Shown one piece after another: positions 1-9,725 of a stretch of DNA of 64,000 bases. Source of the stretch: Malacoraja senta (lineage: Eukaryota). Position numbers and translations under genes: made by a program. Positions within the stretch are counted from its first letter, which is position 1. Every line of letters starts with the position of its first letter. Where the stretch lies: assembly GCA_038087875.1 (NCBI GenBank), contig JAXLNO010003457.1:1-64000 (forward strand), in the 5' to 3' direction. Below the pieces are notes generated by a model that was not told the origin of the DNA, ran no database searches, and was given only the letters and a program-made list of their open reading frames with translations.

Positions 1-330
1 GCGAGAATAACTCACTGTGTCACGGGTAGCAAGTAGGTCTTTCTTAACACTTTCTGTCTGACAACAAACTCTGCGCATAAATGTACCGAATGAACGGTGA
101 GAATGCACGCGATACGCTTGGGCTGTTTGTTCACAGAGTCGCTCTACAACCGTTGTCCCGTCATTTTGGGCTCATTCTATTTCAATATTCCAGATGACAT
201 CAGGTGTAATACCACGGGCGAGTTTGGTGACAATATCAGCTATATATGCGTTATGTGTAAACATTTGGAAGTGTAAGGCGGTGAATAAATAAGCTGATTT
301 AACGCGCTGTGACAACACTTGCTTTGACAG

Positions 331-552
331 GATCCTGCACATTTAGCGGGTGAACAGTCCCTGGGGACAACCCTCTCAGAAGGATGGGATGACATGACGA
401 ATGTGAGGGGCAAAGTGCGGCTTATCCGCAACGCCGTTCACCAGGGCCGGTCCCCGCGGCAGAATAACAAGCCCCGCAAAAAGTCGAAGAAAAAGGGTTG
501 TTTCCGATTGCGGATGGACAAGATAGGCGCAATGAGCAAGTTGGGCTGTTAG
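331..552 (+). CDS. nppc: CNP-like prepropeptide, copy 1, exon 2 coding part (exon 1 expected ~75-160 bp left of the window): DPAHLAGEQSLGTTLSEGWDDMTNVRGKVRLIRNAVHQGRSPRQNNKPRKKSKKKGCFRLRMDKIGAMSKLGC*
   Basis: Acceptor ttgacag|GAT at 330/331. Open frame to TAG 550-552. The 17-residue Cys ring (499-549) matches the natriuretic motif CFxxxxDxIGxxSxLGC, with a stop directly after the second Cys (CNP hallmark). Donor CG|GTAAGT at 572/573. Confidence 0.93.
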   Translation, partial: DPAHLAGEQSLGTTLSEGWDDMTNVRGKVRLIRNAVHQGRSPRQNNKPRKKSKKKGCFRLRMDKIGAMSKLGC

Positions 553-849
553 ACACCACACTCCCAGCCACGGTAAGTTTCTGCTGCGCCCAATGCCGGC
601 ATTTATTTCACTGCGAATGTTTGTTGGGACCGAGAAACGCGGCGCTCCGCAACCTGTGGTTGTTCAGAGGAGAGTGCGTGAAACAAAGAGAGTTTCAGGC
701 AGCGAGTTGATTCAACACAAGTTCCGCTAATGTCCTCTCATCCTCCGCTTGTGCTGAAAGCGAGTTGTCCAGCGACTGCCGGGTGTCACCGTCGTTCGGC
801 CACTCTGCCTGTTACTGGCCCACTAACCGGCGCTTGTTTGTGTTGATAG

Positions 850-1230
850 GACACCGGACTCCGAACACTTTCTGGACGTCTTCTTGTTTCGCGAAAGTAG
901 CTTTTACTCCGAAAACGACGCCGTTTCTCCCGGTACGAAGAATGACATTTACCAGCGACTCTTGTGTAGAACCGCAACGGATCATGACTGTTTATTTAAT
1001 TTCTGCATAAATGTATTTATGTTTAAACTATATCTTTATAAAAGAAAGATATTTATGAAAGTTTATTTATGTAACAAACTGAAGAGAGGGTTTGTAACAC
1101 TTTAACAAGTAGAATTTGTAACATTTGTCCTAATAGCGATTACGTGTAAAATTGCATTTGACGACAGTCCGACAGTCTTTATTTATTGTAGTCGTGAAAT
1201 ACGAAATAAAAACAGACCTGCCAGCTCTCC
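850..1230 (+). other. nppc: Non-coding exon 3 (3'UTR) of CNP-like copy 1, with AU-rich elements and poly(A) signal
   Basis: Branch point CACTAAC 821-827, acceptor TAG 847-849, several ATTTA/TATTTAT motifs at ~990-1190, AATAAA 1205-1210. The 3' end is approximate. Confidence 0.75.
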
Positions 1231-1483
1231 GCTTGGTTTCCAGGCGCTTGTTTCAATTCAGCGCGGTTTGTTGGCGATTTCACTGGGATCACAGCCTCTG
1301 CTCCGCCCGCATTCCCGTTTTTCCTGACACAATTCCTGCCAAAATAGAGGGATTACACTTCCGTCAGTATTACCGCACACGCCAACATCCCGCCCGCACT
1401 CTCCGCCCCGCAACTCTCTGCTCGAGTGAAATACAAATGCGGGAGGAAGTCAGCGGGTCAGGCAGCGTCGTGGAGGGAATGGA

Positions 1484-1683
1484 CGGGGGGCTGTGGGGGG
1501 GGGGGGGTGAGAAGGAGCTGTGGGGGGTGGGTGGGAGGAAGCTGTGAGGGTGAGATGGGGCTGTGGGAGGGGGTTGGTGGTGGGGGCTGTGAGGGTGAAG
1601 AGGGCTGTGGGAGGGGACTGTGGGGGGGGTCTGTTGGGGGGGGGGTGGGGGGGTGGGAGGGGACTGTGGGGGGGGGGTGGTTG
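1484..1683 (+). repeat. G-rich low-complexity minisatellite (GGGGGCTGTG-like), G-quadruplex-prone; mirror at ~7435-7612
   Basis: Many G runs of 4-10 nt. Collapsed in copies 3 and 4 (~33280-33322, ~52612-52654). Confidence 0.8.
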
Positions 1684-1804
1684 GCTTGACCCAGGAGGTG
1701 AGGTGTGGACCGTGCACGCTCTGGACTCTTCACCCTCCAGCTGAGTCCCGTGGCAATCATTGCGGGCAAGATCCAATTGAACAAATCCGACAATATTTTA
1801 TATT

Positions 1805-1985
1805 GAGTCATACAGTGTGACCGTGTGGAAACAGGCCCCTCGGCCCAACCTGCCCACACCGGCCAGCATGTCCCAGCAACACTAGTCCCACCTGCCTGCG
1901 CTTGGGCCATATCCCTCCAAACCTGTCCTATCCCATGTACCTGTCTAACTGTCTCATAAACAATGGGATAATCTCAGCCTCCAGC
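1805..1985 (-). mobile_element. CR1-family 3' end fragment (mirror ~7128-7311; also ~32985-33170, ~52305-52490)
   Basis: Resembles the LDRYMD...EGYG ORF2 end plus 3'UTR seen in the CR1 at 14010-15115. Confidence 0.6.
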
Positions 1986-2437
1986 ACTTTGTATCTTCTT
2001 CCCTTTCACATTATGGGACAGACCTCATTTTAACGGAAGTCAACGTGACGTTATTTTACAAGTAATCTGTTAGCATCGAAAACATAATTACTTATAAAAT
2101 AAAGAATGATGAAAAATATACTTTTTAGAAATTCACGTCGGTGCAATGGAGAACGCCGGGGTCTATTGATCTATAATTTGACTCGACCAGACCAATGGGC
2201 GAACAGAAAGGTGCGGTCCTGATGTCATTTCAAAGGCTGAGTAGAAATTAGTATGTGATTTGTCTTCCGATTTTATTTCAAATCTGACCATCGGAACTCA
2301 GGAAAACGTTAAATCATTCAGATTCCGATCAGTTTATTGTCTTAAACACCAGAGTGCAATGAAATTCACTGTTGACATGAAACTTACAGAGTAAACAGTA
2401 TCCATATCGCAGCAGAATGGCGCAGGTCTGGACTGCT

Positions 2438-2680
2438 GTTATAAGGTCATAAGTGATAGGAGCAGAATTAGGCCATTCGGCCCATCATGTCTACGCCTTT
2501 CCATCATAGCTGATCTATCTCTCCCTCCCAACCCCATTCTCCTGCCTTTCCCCCCATAACCCCTGACACCTGTACTAATCAAGCATCTATCAATCTCTGC
2601 CTTAAACATATCCATTGATTTGGCCTCCATAGCCTTCTGTGGCAAAGCATTCCACAGATTCACCACCTTCTGACTAAAGA
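2438..2680 (-). mobile_element. CR1 LINE 3' fragment (mirror ~6413-6650)
   Basis: Encodes SQKVVNLWNALPQKAMEA...FKAEIDRCL...GYG, the CR1 ORF2 C-terminus, plus the 3'UTR stem and tail. Confidence 0.85.
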
Positions 2681-3255
2681 CTCTGTCTGCAGTAGTGCAT
2701 GAAATACCACCGTACAATAACGGGCTAACGGGTTGAGCTCAGGGTGAGAGGATGCTGCAGAGCCTTCGGGAGACAGCGAGATACAGGAGTCAGAGAGCGC
2801 GGGGAAGAGGCGCTTCTGAAGCCGGGACGTCCGGGATGGTCTTTGGCGGGTAGATGAATGGGGCACCAGGGTTCGCTATCCCAGTAGAGTTGGCCGGGTA
2901 TTATTCTCCCAGTGGCCCTGCCTGTGGTGAATATAGAAAATGGGGATCATCGGTGTTAGTCTTCCCGTCGCAGTCTCTGCACTGACAGCACCAGTGAACG
3001 GCTCAAATGTCATCCGTTGTTCAGTGTTCAAGGCTTCATTACGTCGGGCGCATCTTTGTACCGATTTACAACAATATAAACAAAGTGTGAAAAACCGAGG
3101 CGATGTGTCACCTTCAAAAACGTGTCCCATCAAAGACCACCAAGCTTGGTGGATGGAGTGCAGACACGGACTGAGGGTGGAAGTGGCATAAAGAGGGCGG
3201 GATATCAAATACGAACATTAAATTAATATGCAAACCAGTAAGGAATGAAGTAGCT

Positions 3256-4821
3256 AACGGATTCGTTCCGTCTGAAACATAACGCGCGATATAGGGGGGT
3301 TGCACGTAAGGTCAACGGGTCAAAGGGCGTTACGCACGGAGCAGCTCAATCCTTCTGGAGGACATGGCAGCTTCGGCATACACTGTTAACACACGAAAAC
3401 GCGTACTTTCTTCCCTGTTAAAAACCGCCGAAATAGTCAATTTTTGCGCTGTAAATAATTGTGGAGGGTGAATGAGCGCTCTGAACCAAATGCTCTAGTA
3501 TCTTTGCTCTGAACCCGAGCACCAAGGTGTAAGCGGCCGAACATCCTCGAGACAGCCCCCACTCCCCCCCTGTGGTCAGCGCTGTCCGGCCACGGCCGCT
3601 CTCCGCCCACCCTCCCCCTATGCGGCCGCACCGTGACGGGCTGTGAGTCGGCAGCGCACACACACGGGGAGGAATACCTGGCAACGTCCCCGTCAGCTGC
3701 AGCAGAGTTGGGGACAGTCTGGTCCCTCCGCCCACCCAGAGTCACTGACCCCCCAACGAACACCCCCCCCCCACGGACCACTCCCCCTCCCCCACCGATC
3801 CCCCTCCCCCGTCCACCCCCACCCCACCCCACCCACATCCACGCCCCCCACCCCTCCAACCACCACCCCGGACCACCCGGCAACATCTCCGCCAGCTGCA
3901 ACAGAGTTGGGGACATTCTGGTTCCTCCGCTCACACACAGTCACTGACCGTGCTGCACCGACACCCCCCCCCCCCGTTTTCAGGGAGACAGTGGGGGTGG
4001 GACTGATGATTGAGGGCGCCGATTGGATGAGAGAGATGTTGGTAAGCAGGCAGTGGGGGGGGGGGGACATGATGATTCAGCGCGTTGATTGGAGGAGGGA
4101 GGTGTCGGTCAGAGGCGGAAGTAGCGGGTTGGACTGAGGATAGAGCGCGGTGATTGGAGGAGGGAGACGTCCTGGTGGAGCAAAGTTCATAGAGCGGAGC
4201 ATGAATCAGCCGTTCGTTGGGCCTTTCATCGCCCGGCGCGGCTTAAATCGGCCGCGGGATGTTCCACCGCCCCGCGGTCAAATTGCTGCATCGAGGCGAT
4301 CGAGGCTCCCGATGTTGAAGCCCCTGCCGGGCGATGGAAGATCCCGCGGCCGGTTTTAAGCCGCGCTGGGCGACGAAAGGCCCCGCGAACGGGACGATTG
4401 AAGCCCCACGATACGGGGTGGGCGAAGCTGCTGTTGCTGGAGTTTGGAGTTGGTCACCAACCAGCTCAGCTCCCGATGTTTCCGTCCACAGGGCCCACAG
4501 CTGAAGCCTCGCACGTGTGTGTGTGTGTGTGTGTGTTGTGTGTGCGCGCATGCGCGTGCAGGCACCAGAAAATTGTGTCCCCCCCCATGGTTTGATAGCG
4601 ATTTCCCGCCTACTGCCGGAAGACATGGTAAGTTCACCGCGTGTACTCCGGTTGGCGCTGTGTAGCAACAGTACGGGTCATGGGTCGTGAGCTCGACTGC
4701 AGTACAAACTCCCTATAGATGCTGCCTCACCCGCTGAGTTTTGCCAGCATTTTTTATCTACCCAGGTTGGTACATTTGTTGGTTTATATCGTGCGTTAGG
4801 TTTCGGACGAACGAATCCGTT
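3256..4821. mobile_element. Putative non-autonomous DNA transposon bounded by imperfect ~38-bp terminal inverted repeats
   Basis: aacggattcgttccgtctgaaacataacgcgcgatata (3256-3293) vs tatatcgtgcgttaggtttcggacgaacgaatccgtt (4785-4821). No TSD or transposase seen. Confidence 0.45.
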
Positions 4822-5545
4822 GCATGCTCCTTTATAACATTTTACATAACATTTTACATTACAACTTGATTATTAAAACAAGGACAGCTTCAATTCTTGA
4901 TTTAAAAAATGTATACAACAATGACCCTAATCATCCCATTCAAACCACTCATTACTCTTGACTCAACCAAAATTATTTCTGAAATATTGGTCATAAATCT
5001 GGTGCAAAAATGCTCCAAAATTAAGCTCAGAATGTACCAGAGAGCATCTAAAACGCCAGAGCTTCCAGGGCCCGCTTAAGGGTCCCGGCCGCAAGGGTCT
5101 TTCAGCTCCGTGCTTGTGATATGCGTTGCGTGCACTTATTTCACATAAAATTCTTGTAATCCTGCCATGCCACCCCCCTTTTTGAAAAGCTTCTTACGGG
5201 CCTGGTGTATAATATTGTTGACACTGTCATAGGCCTTTCTTACATATGCTGTCACAACGCACTGTAGTCTCTAAACAACATTCAGTAATTTTCCTTGCGC
5301 TCCATTTCAGAATAATGGTGTTTTAAGCTGATAACTCGACACTAGCACATGCAATAAATAAATAAATAAATAAAAAGCGCAGCTTTCCAGCCCTTATCTC
5401 ATTGGCCACGCTCGGCTGCACATCGGTGTCAATCTGGTGGACTCTTCCATCTTCCTCTCGTCGTGGGGATGGGGGATTGGGAGGGGTCTCACAAGTGGAA
5501 TAGCCTAGGGCCTCTCTTCATCTAAATCCTGCCCTGGATGCCTCC

Positions 5546-8500
5546 TTCGGCCGCTTACACCTTGGTGCTCGGGTTCAGAGCAAAGATACTAGAGCATTTG
5601 GTTCAGAGCGCTCAGTCACCCTCCACAATTATTTACAGCGCAAAAATTGACTATTTCGGCGGGTTTTAACAGGGAAGAAAGTACGCGTTTCGTGTGTTAA
5701 CAGTGTATGCTGGAAGCTGCCATGTCCTCCAGAAGGATTGAGCTGCTCCGTGCGTCACGCCCTTTGACCCGTTGACCTTACGTGCAACCCCCCTGTATCG
5801 CGCGTTATGTTTCAGACGGAACGAATCCGTTAGCTACTTCATTCCTTACTGGTTTGCATATTAATTTAATGTTCGTACTTGATATCCCGCCCTCTTTATG
5901 CCACTTCCACCCGCAGTCCGTGTCTGCACTCCATCCACCAAGCTTGGTGGTCTTTGATTGGACACGTTTTTGAAGGTGACACATCGCCTCGGTTTTTCAC
6001 ACTTTGTTTATATTGTTGTAAATCGGTACAAAGATGCGCCCGACGTAATGAAGCCTTGAACTCTGAACAACGGATGACATTTGAGCCGTTCACTGGTGCT
6101 GTCAGTGCAGAGACTGCGACGGAAAGACTAACACCGATGATCCCCTTTTTTATATTCACCACAGGCACGGCCACTGGGAGAATAAATAATACCCGGCCAA
6201 CTCTACTGGGATAGCGAACCCTGGTGCCCCCTTCATCTACCCCCCAAAGACCTTCCCGGACGTCCCGGCTTCAGAAGCGCCTCTTCCCCGCGCTCTCTGA
6301 CTCCTGTATCTCGCTGTCTCCCGAAGGCTCTGCCGCCTCCTCTCACCCTGAGCTCAACCCGTTATCCCGTTATTGTACGGTGGTATTTCATGCACTACTG
6401 CAGACAGAGTCTTAAGTCAGAGGGTGGTGAATCTGTGGAATGCTTTGCCACAGAGGGCTATGGAGGCCAAATCAATGGATATGTTTAAGGCAGAGATTGA
6501 TAGATGCTTGATTAGTACAGGTGTCAGGGGTTATGGGGAAAAGGCAGGAGAATGGGGTTGGGAGGGAGAGATAGATCAGCTATGATGGAATGGCGTAGAC
6601 ATGATGGGCCGAATGGCCTAATTCTGCTCCTATCACTTATGACCTTATAACAGCAGTCCAGACCTGCGCCATTCTGCTGCCTGTGCCCGTCGTTATATTG
6701 ATCATCGCGATATGGATACTGTTTATTCTGTAAGTTTCATGTCAACAGTGCATTTCATTGCACTCTGGTGTTTAAGACAATAAACTGATCGGAATCTGAA
6801 TGATTTAACGTTTTCCTGAGTTCCGATGGTCAGATTTGAAATAAAATCGGAAGACAAATCACATATAATTTCTACTCAGCCTTTGAAATGATATCAGGAC
6901 CGCACCTTTCTGTTCGCCCATTGGTCTGGTCGAGTCAAATTATAGATCAATAGACCCCGGCGTTCTCCCATTGCACCGACGTGAATTTCTAAAAAGTATA
7001 TTTTCATCATTCTTTATTTTATAAGTAATTATGTTTTCGATGCTAACAGATTACTTGTAAAATAACGTCGCGTTGACTTCCGTTAAAATGAGGTCTGTCC
7101 CATAATGTGAAAGGGAAGAAGATACAAAGTGCTGGAGGCTGAGATTATCCCATTGTTTATGAGACAGTTAGACAGGTACATGGATAGGACAGCTTTGGAG
7201 GGATATGGCCCAAGCGCAGGCAGGTGGGACTAGTGTTGCTGGGACATGCTGGCCGGTGTGGGCAGGTTGGGCCGAGGGGCCTGTTTCCACACGGTCACAC
7301 TGTATGACTCAATATATAAGATATTGTCGGATTTGTTCGGTTGGATCTTGGCCGCAATGATTGCCACGGACTCAGCTGGAGGGTGAAGAGTCCAGAGCGT
7401 GCACGGTCCACACCTCACCTCTTGGGTCAAGCCAACCCCCCCCCCACAGTCCCCTCCCACCCCCCCCCCCACAGACCACCCCCACCCCCCCCCCACAGCC
7501 CCCACCACCAACCCCCCCCCGCAGCCCCATCTCACCCTCACAGCTCCCTCCCACCCACCCCCCACAGCCCCTCCCCACCCCCCCCCACGCCCCCCCCACA
7601 GCCCCCCGTCCATTCCCTCCACGACGCTGCCTGACCCGCTGACTTCCTCCCGCATTTGTATTTCACTCGAGCAGAGAGTTGCGGGGCGGAGAGTGCGGGC
7701 GGGATGTTGGCGTGTGCGGTAATACTGACGGAAGTGTAATCCCTCTATTTTTGGCAGGAATTGTGTCAGGAAAAACGGGAATGCGGGCGGAGCAGAGGCT
7801 GTGATCCCAGTGAAATCGCCAACAAACCGCGCTGAATTGAAACAAGCGCCTGGAAACCAAGCGGAGAGCTGGCAGGTCTGTGTTTATTTCGTATTTCACG
7901 GACTACAATAAATAAAGACTGTCGGACTGTCGTCAAATGCAATTTTACACGTAATCGCTATTAGGACAAATGTTACCAATTCTACTTGTTAAAGTGTAAC
8001 AAACCCTCTCTTCAGTTTGTTACATAAATAAACTTTCATAAATATCTTTCTTTTATAAAGATATAGTTTAAACATAAATACATTTATGCAGAAATTAAAT
8101 AAACAGTCATGATCCGTTGCGGTTCTACACAAGAGTCGCTGGTAAATGTCATTCTTCGTACCGGGAGAAACGGCGTCGTTTTCGGAGGAAAAGCTACTTT
8201 CGCGAAACAAGAAGACGTCCAGAAAGTGTTCGGAGTCCGGTGTCCTATCAACACAAACAAGCGCCGGTTAGTGGGCCAGTAACAGGCAGAGTGGCCGAAC
8301 GGCGGTGACACCCGGCAGTCGCTGCGTCAACTCGCTTTCAGCACAAGCGGAGGATGAGAGGACATTAGCGGAACTTGTGTTGAATCAACTCGCTGCCTGA
8401 AACTCTCTTTGTTTCACGCACTCTCCTCTGAACAACCACAGGTTGCGGAGCGCCGCGTTTCTGGGTCCCAACAAACATTCGCAGTGAAATAAATGCCGGC

Positions 8501-9093
8501 ATTGGGCGCTGCAGAAACTTACCGTGGATGGGAGTGTGGTGTCTAACAGCCCAACTTGCTCATTGCGCCTATCTTGTCCATCCGCAATCGGAAACAACCC
8601 TTTTTCTTCGACCTTTTGCGGGGCTTGTTATTCTCCCGCCGGGGCCGGCGTTCGGGAACCGCGTTGCGGATAAGCCGCACTTTGCCCCTCACATTCGTCA
8701 TGTCATCCCATCCTTCTGAGAGGGTTGTCCCCAGGGACTGTTCACCCGCTACATGTGCAGGATCCTGTCAAAGCAAGTGTTGTCACAGCGCGTTAAATCA
8801 GCTTATTTATTCACCGCCTTACACTTCCAAATGTTTACACATAACGCATATATAGCTGAAATTGTCACCAAACTCGCCCGTGGTATTACACCTGATGTCA
8901 TCTGGAATATTGAAATAGAATGAGCGCAAAATGACGGGACAACGGTTGTAGAGCGACTCTGTGAACAAACAGCCCAAGCGTATCGCGTGCATTCTCACCG
9001 TTCATTCGGTACATTTATGCGCAGAGTTTGTGTCAGACAGAAAGTGTTAAGAAAGACCTACTTGCTACCCGTGACACAGTGAGTTATTCTCGC
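5546..9093 (-). repeat. Right arm of the inverted segmental duplication
   Basis: Reverse complement of 1-3541 with few substitutions or indels. Confidence 0.95.
7865..8244 (-). other. nppc: 3'UTR exon 3 of CNP-like copy 2
   Basis: Exon 2 donor at 8523/8522, acceptor at 8245-8247, ATTTA-rich, AATAAA at 7888-7883. Confidence 0.72.
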
Positions 9094-9251
9094 CGCTGTG
9101 GTAGTTAGTGCACACGGTGAAACGCGGGGCGCGGGGATGTGCAGATGAACACATTTCATCCGGTTACCTGGATCGACGGAGTCAAAGGTTTGGCCTCCGC
9201 GGAGAGTAGAAGCAGTAAGAGTCCGGACAGCACCAGCGAGCAGAGGAACAT
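8543..9251 (-). CDS. nppc: CNP-like prepropeptide, copy 2, join(9251..9168, 8764..8543), 101 aa: MFLCSLVLSGLLLLLLSAEAKPLTPSIQ|DPAHVAGEQSLGTTLSEGWDDMTNVRGKVRLIRNAVPERRPRRENNKPRKRSKKKGCFRLRMDKIGAMSKLGC*
   Basis: Exon 1 has 28 codons with a hydrophobic signal peptide and EAKP, as in vertebrate CNP precursors. Phase-0 GT-AG intron of 403 bp (CAG|GTAACC ... ttgacag|GAT). Ring then stop. No frameshift. Confidence 0.95.
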
Positions 9252-9362
9252 CCCTTCTTCAAACGTCGGCGGGTCCCCGCCTCGACCCCTGTAATGAGTT
9301 TGTCGGAGTCGCGTCTGTCCGCGGTTCTAGAGGCGAATGGTGTTTCTCGCCGCTTCCCATCA

Positions 9363-9551
9363 TTTTATAACATGCAGTGACGTCAGCCAACGCCCCTTTT
9401 TCCAACTTGTTGGGACAGAGGAAGAAAAGCCGGATCCCCCTCCCTTCCCTCCCCCTCCCACCTCTCCCTCCCCTCCCCCTCCCTCCCCCATTCCCCAACC
9501 ACATGGTCTCCAATACTGAGTCCATGTGATGGAATTGGTGCGTTCGCCAAT
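9363..9551 (-). promoter_or_regulatory. Promoter of CNP-like copy 2: TATAAAA, palindromic CRE, GC-box-like motif, polypurine tract, inverted CCAAT
   Basis: TATAAAA 9369-9363; TGACGTCA 9378-9385; GGGGCGTTGG ~9387-9396; G/A tract ~9436-9490; CCAAT on the + strand at 9547-9551. The TATA box is ~110 bp upstream of the ATG. Confidence 0.8.
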
Positions 9552-9725
9552 GCGGGAAGGCGGCGGCTTCACAGTCGGAGCGGGCGATGGGTGGTTGGAC
9601 CATTTGATAATCAATTGACACATAAACCGATCCGGTGCGGATGCAGATCAAATTTTGATCGATTAAGAAACCACACGGATCACCCGTTGGTATCGCCCCT
9701 TACATATCCACCAACATGCTCGTGA

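Larger units (their letters stand above)
1..3541 (+). repeat. Left arm of a large inverted segmental duplication (partner 5546-9093; runs off the left edge of the window)
   Basis: Base 1 pairs with 9093 and 3541 with 5546. The ORF track is mirrored, e.g. 498-710+ vs 8385-8597-. Confidence 0.95.

Noticed and set aside
499-552. Calling the peptide ANP, BNP or VNP because of the RMD motif
   Set aside because: There is no C-terminal tail after the ring, and the EAKP signal junction and exon layout are CNP-type. The exact CNP paralogue (1-4) cannot be assigned without phylogeny and synteny.
331-552. Declaring the peptide a venom toxin
   Set aside because: The evolutionary pattern is suggestive, but species and tissue are unknown. 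Kept only as one hypothesis.
240-1105. Short ORFs overlapping the gene (240-431-, 376-561-, 498-710+, 786-977-, 884-1105+) and their recurrences near 8-9, 33-34 and 53 kb
   Set aside because: They are antisense or off-frame shadows of the CNP-like exons, introns and UTR. They recur only because the DNA is duplicated, and have no domain features.
1152-1910. Pro-rich/Gly-rich ORFs (also 3418-4137, 7230-7722, 9259-9651)
   Set aside because: Artefacts of G/C-run low-complexity sequence lacking stop codons.
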